From an uncultured delta proteobacterium (lineage in GTDB: Bacteria > Desulfobacterota > Binatia > Binatales > Binataceae), in assembly GCA_963808235.1 (NCBI GenBank), contig CAWEEQ010000004.1, positions 2,912,001 to 2,976,000 of the forward strand: DNA of 64,000 bases. The letters are read 5' to 3'. The notes under the pieces were generated by a model. That model did not search any database, was not told the DNA's origin, and worked only from the letters and a program-made list of their open reading frames with translations. Within the stretch, counting starts at the first letter, position 1, and each line of letters opens with the position of its first letter. Of the stretch, positions 60,509 through 64,000 are shown one piece after another. A program made the translations under genes and the position numbers.

Positions 60509-61726
60509 ATGAGCCACTTCGCACTGGAAGGAATCCACGTCCTCGATTTCGCCTGGGTCGGCGTCGGTCCGATCACCACCAAGTATCTCGCCGACAATGG
60601 CGCCGAGGTTATTCGGGTCGAGTCCGCCGCGCGCCCGGACGTGCTCAGAATCGGGCCGCCGTGGAAAGACGCTCAGCCCGGAATCAATCGCAGCCAGTTC
60701 TTCGCGAGCTTCAACACTTCGAAAAAGGGAATCACGCTGGATCTGAGCAAACCCAAAGCGCGCGAACTCGTGAAACGGCTGGTGCCGTGGGCCGATATCA
60801 TCGTCGAGAGTTTCACTCCGAAGGCGATGCGCAATTGGGGACTCGACTACGAAAATTTGTGCGCGCTCCGTCCCGACCTGATCATGCTCTCCACTTGCAT
60901 GCAGGGGCAGACCGGCCCCAACGCGCTCTACCCCGGCTTCGGGCAACTGATGGCGGCGCTGTCGGGCTTCTACCACATCTCCGGCTACGGTCCGGGTTCA
61001 TGCGCGCCGCCATACGGAGCGTACTCGGATTTCATCGCGCCGCGTTTTTCGACCTGCGCGCTTCTCGCCGCGCTCGATTATCGCCGCCGCACCGGCAAGG
61101 GGCAGTACATCGACATGTCGCAGTACGAGGCCGCGATGCAGAATCTCGTGCCGGCGCTGGTTGACTATTATGCGAGCGGCCGCGTGCTCGAGCCGCGCGG
61201 CAATGACTCGGACCGCTATGCTCCGCACGGCGCTTATCGATGCGCCGATGAAGACGGCACCGAGCGATGGATCGCGATCGCGGTCGCGGACGACGACAAT
61301 TGGCGCGCGATGCTGACGTCGCTGGGCGCGACTTCGTCCGACGAACGCTTCAGGACAATGCCGGCGCGCATCGAAAACGCGCGTGCGCTCGACGAGTTCG
61401 TGGGCTCGCTCACGCGCAGCCACAACGCGCACGAACTCACTATCCGCTTGCAGGCCGCGGGAATCGCTGCATATCCGGTTCAGAACTGCGTCGATCTTCA
61501 CCAGGACGACAACCTCGAATCGTTCGGCTTCTGGCATTGGCTCGATCACAAGGAGATGGGGGCGTCGCCGTACGAAGGACTGTCGCATCGGATGAGCCGC
61601 ACGCCCGGCACGCTGCGCTCGCCGGCGCCGATCCTCGGCCAGGACAACGACGAGATTTTCCAAAAGATGCTCTCGCTCAGCGCGGAAGAAATCGAGCAGC
61701 TAAAGAAAGAGAACGTGATATTCTGA
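60509..61726 (+). CDS. Family III CoA-transferase (CaiB/BaiF)
   Basis: LADNGAEVIRVES, NTSKKGITLDL, GQTGP, GAYSD, APILGQDN. Confidence 0.9.
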   Translation: MSHFALEGIHVLDFAWVGVGPITTKYLADNGAEVIRVESAARPDVLRIGPPWKDAQPGINRSQFFASFNTSKKGITLDLSKPKARELVKRLVPWADIIVESFTPKAMRNWGLDYENLCALRPDLIMLSTCMQGQTGPNALYPGFGQLMAALSGFYHISGYGPGSCAPPYGAYSDFIAPRFSTCALLAALDYRRRTGKGQYIDMSQYEAAMQNLVPALVDYYASGRVLEPRGNDSDRYAPHGAYRCADEDGTERWIAIAVADDDNWRAMLTSLGATSSDERFRTMPARIENARALDEFVGSLTRSHNAHELTIRLQAAGIAAYPVQNCVDLHQDDNLESFGFWHWLDHKEMGASPYEGLSHRMSRTPGTLRSPAPILGQDNDEIFQKMLSLSAEEIEQLKKENVIF

Positions 61727-61767
61727 GCCGTGAAAAAGGCTTGGCGCTTCGCCTGGCCACCTGATAA

Positions 61768-63018
61768 GTGCGATACGAACTCAAAATTGCGCTCCGATAC
61801 CTGCGCGCGCGCCGCAAGGACGCATTCATCTCGATCACGACGATCTTCACCGCCGTCGGCGTGATGATCGGCGTCGCCGCGCTTATCGTCATGTTGTCGA
61901 TCATGAATGGCTTCGCGCAGAGCATCAGGGCGCGCGTGCTCAGCCTTAGCCCTCAAGTGCAGATCCTCAATTCGCAGGGGTCGATCGACAACTACGCCGA
62001 GATCCAGTCCAGGGCCAACCGGGTGCCGGGCGTCAGCGGTTCAGACGCCTACATCGTGGGACAGGCGATGCTGAGTTCCGGACGCGGAATCGGCGGCGTC
62101 GTGGTGCGCGGCGTCGAGCCGAAAAATCCGATCGTACAAAATGAATGGAACCGTTTCATGACCAGCGGCAGGCTGGACAACCTGGCTCGCGAATATGCGT
62201 TTCCCGCAAGCGGCACGACGCCCGCGGTTTCCGGATCCGGCATCGCAGTCGGCGCTCTGCTGGCAAAAAAGCTCAAAGCAAAAACCGGCGACTCGGTTCG
62301 CCTGGTCGCGCCGGTCATCTCGCCGGACGGATCGCTCTCGACCAGGAGCGGCGAATTTGCGATCGGCGCAATTTTCGATTCCGGAGCGAACTTCATCGAT
62401 ACCAACATGGTGTTCATGGACCTCGGACATGCGCAAGATTTCTTCGGCCGCACGGCAAAGGCCGACGGCGTCGATATCCATTTGACCAATCTCGACCAGA
62501 CCGACGCGGTGACCGACGCGATGCGCAAGCTGTTCGCGAGCCCATACCGCGTGCGCAACTGGATGGAGTTCAACGAAGCGGCGGCGGGCGGATTCGAACT
62601 GCTCAAGCGCATCTACGCCCTGGTCCTCATGCTGCTGGTCGGGGTGGCGGCGTTCAATCTGGTAGCCACTCTGATCATGGTCGTGATGGAGAAGCGCAAG
62701 GATATCGCGGTGCTGATTTCGATGGGTGCGACGCGGCGCGAGGTCCGCCTGATATTCGTGATGAAAGGCCTGATCGTGGGCGCCGCAGGCACCTCGGCGG
62801 GCCTTATTTTGGGCGCGGTCGGATGCTTCCTGCTCGAGCACTACCACTTCATTCACATCCAGCGCGAAATCTACGAGACTTCGACGTTGCCGATCTCCGT
62901 CGAGCCGTCCAGCTTCGTGCTGGTCGCAATCGCGTCGCTATTTCTCTGCCTGCTGGCCACAGTCTATCCGGCCCGTCAAGCCTCGCGAGAAATGCCGGTC
63001 GAAGTCTTCCGCTCCTAA
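61768..63018 (+). CDS. LolC/E-family ABC transporter permease
   Basis: IALRYLRA, GVAALIVMLSIMNGF, VAAFNLVATL.M.VMEKRKDIAVL.SMGA, YPARQAS. Confidence 0.88.
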   Translation: MRYELKIALRYLRARRKDAFISITTIFTAVGVMIGVAALIVMLSIMNGFAQSIRARVLSLSPQVQILNSQGSIDNYAEIQSRANRVPGVSGSDAYIVGQAMLSSGRGIGGVVVRGVEPKNPIVQNEWNRFMTSGRLDNLAREYAFPASGTTPAVSGSGIAVGALLAKKLKAKTGDSVRLVAPVISPDGSLSTRSGEFAIGAIFDSGANFIDTNMVFMDLGHAQDFFGRTAKADGVDIHLTNLDQTDAVTDAMRKLFASPYRVRNWMEFNEAAAGGFELLKRIYALVLMLLVGVAAFNLVATLIMVVMEKRKDIAVLISMGATRREVRLIFVMKGLIVGAAGTSAGLILGAVGCFLLEHYHFIHIQREIYETSTLPISVEPSSFVLVAIASLFLCLLATVYPARQASREMPVEVFRS

Positions 63019-63073
63019 GCGCTGCGCCCCATCCACCCCACATCCGCGGCCGCTTCGATTATTTATTTATTGA

Positions 63074-63391
63074 TTATTTGGGGTGTGATTCGTTCGTGGG
63101 AGTCTTGGCCAATTTCGGTTTGCGAACGACCAGGGTTTCGTGACCGCGAACCTTGATCGTGCGGGCAGGTTCCGACTGGAAGTTCTGCGCCGCTCCGTCC
63201 GTGTGCTTGGGCCTGGACGAAGTGCGCTTGCGCCGCCAGTTACTCAGCTCCTGCGACAGTTTTGAGGCCAGCGAGTCATTGTTCTCGCCAGTCTCGGTGG
63301 TTTCGGCGCCGTCTTTGTCGGGTTCGCCTTCAAAGTCGGCGGGACTCGTTTGCGCTCTCGGTTCTTGTGACGTGGATTTGTCCTCCTTCAT
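63074..63391 (-). CDS. Possible hypothetical low-complexity protein
   Basis: 105-aa hydrophilic ORF with no recognisable motif. Confidence 0.3.
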   Translation of the reverse strand: MKEDKSTSQEPRAQTSPADFEGEPDKDGAETTETGENNDSLASKLSQELSNWRRKRTSSRPKHTDGAAQNFQSEPARTIKVRGHETLVVRKPKLAKTPTNESHPK

Positions 63392-63584
63392 CGGACTGTT
63401 TGGGAAACTTAAATTTTGCTTTTCAGAAAATTTACTAACGGTATCGGCGCTCGCGTTCGCGGACTCAGGTCGTTAATGCGTGGAACAGGTTTACGTCTGA
63501 TTCTCGCGTACCGACTTGGAAAACTATCGGCGCATTGAAACTTGGAATGGCTGTATGTGGGATATTTTGCAGGCGGATTTGTCG

Positions 63585-63609
63585 GCCGGGCCCGGAGTTC
63601 GGGCCCGGC
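63585..63609. terminator. GC-rich hairpin downstream of the SCP2 gene
   Basis: GCCGGGCCCG-GAGTT-CGGGCCCGGC perfect 10-bp stem; no clear U tract. Confidence 0.4.
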
Positions 63610-63635
63610 GCCAATCAATTCATCGATGTGCTGGT

Positions 63636-63965
63636 TTAAGCAAACAGTTGCTGCATCTTAAGCGCGAGACCCATGTCGCCCGCAATCCGGAGCTTGCCGC
63701 TCATAAACGCGACCTGCCCGTTGAGCTTGCCAGTCGTCATATCAACGTAGTCCTGCGCGGTCATCGAAATCGTGATGCTCGGCGAAGCGGCAGGGCCTTC
63801 CTTCACCTGGCAGGTCTCATTGTTGATGACCACATGCCATTTGCCGCCGTTATCTCCCGAGAGATCGAACTGGTAAGTGGCATTGAGGCCCTTAGCTGCC
63901 TCTTTGTTGAAACGACTGGGCATCGCCGCAAAAATCTCTTTTGGTGTAGTTGGTGTTTCGGCCAT
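63636..63965 (-). CDS. SCP2 sterol-binding domain protein
   Basis: AGGAG RBS; YQFDLSG..GGKW, G.LNG..AFMSGKLRIAGDMGLA. Confidence 0.9.
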   Translation of the reverse strand: MAETPTTPKEIFAAMPSRFNKEAAKGLNATYQFDLSGDNGGKWHVVINNETCQVKEGPAASPSITISMTAQDYVDMTTGKLNGQVAFMSGKLRIAGDMGLALKMQQLFA

Positions 63966-64000
63966 GAAAAACAGACTCCTCCTGGTGGGAGCGGCTTTCG

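Overview
GC-rich bacterial chromosomal segment. The gene order and a characteristic small-protein family suggest a deltaproteobacteria-like soil lineage such as Candidatus Binatota (inference only). Most of the window is housekeeping: gap-pgk-tpiA-secG-tRNA-Leu(GAG); tolQRAB-pal-cpoB-ribF; a haem cluster (hemD-hemE fusion, hemH, hemG/Y) followed by dinB; leuCD, rluD, rho; rpsB-tsf-pyrH-frr-uppS-cdsA-rseP-tsaB; ilvN-ilvC, psd-pssA, an attenuator-controlled leuA, leuB, an Asd/Usg-like gene, truA, HU, rarA; a type II pantothenate kinase, two CoA-transferases, lolC/E and SCP2. Five accessory signals stand out. (1) A stand-alone 99-aa GIY-YIG nuclease gene sits inside the haem cluster, bracketed by perfect 35-bp inverted repeats and embedded in an array of about 10 palindromic REP-like units of two nested types. 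(2) Three dispersed paralogues of a small exported two-cysteine protein have fixed ends and a hypervariable middle; one ends inside a motif that resembles the end of an IS1-family relic elsewhere in the window. (3) The right end of an IS1595-family element carries passenger genes. (4) A cupredoxin gene is paired with a di-haem MauG/CCP-like gene. (5) A BrnT/BrnA toxin-antitoxin pair is present. About ten single-base frameshifts in otherwise intact genes most likely reflect sequencing or assembly error. All calls come from reading motifs by eye; no database searches were run.
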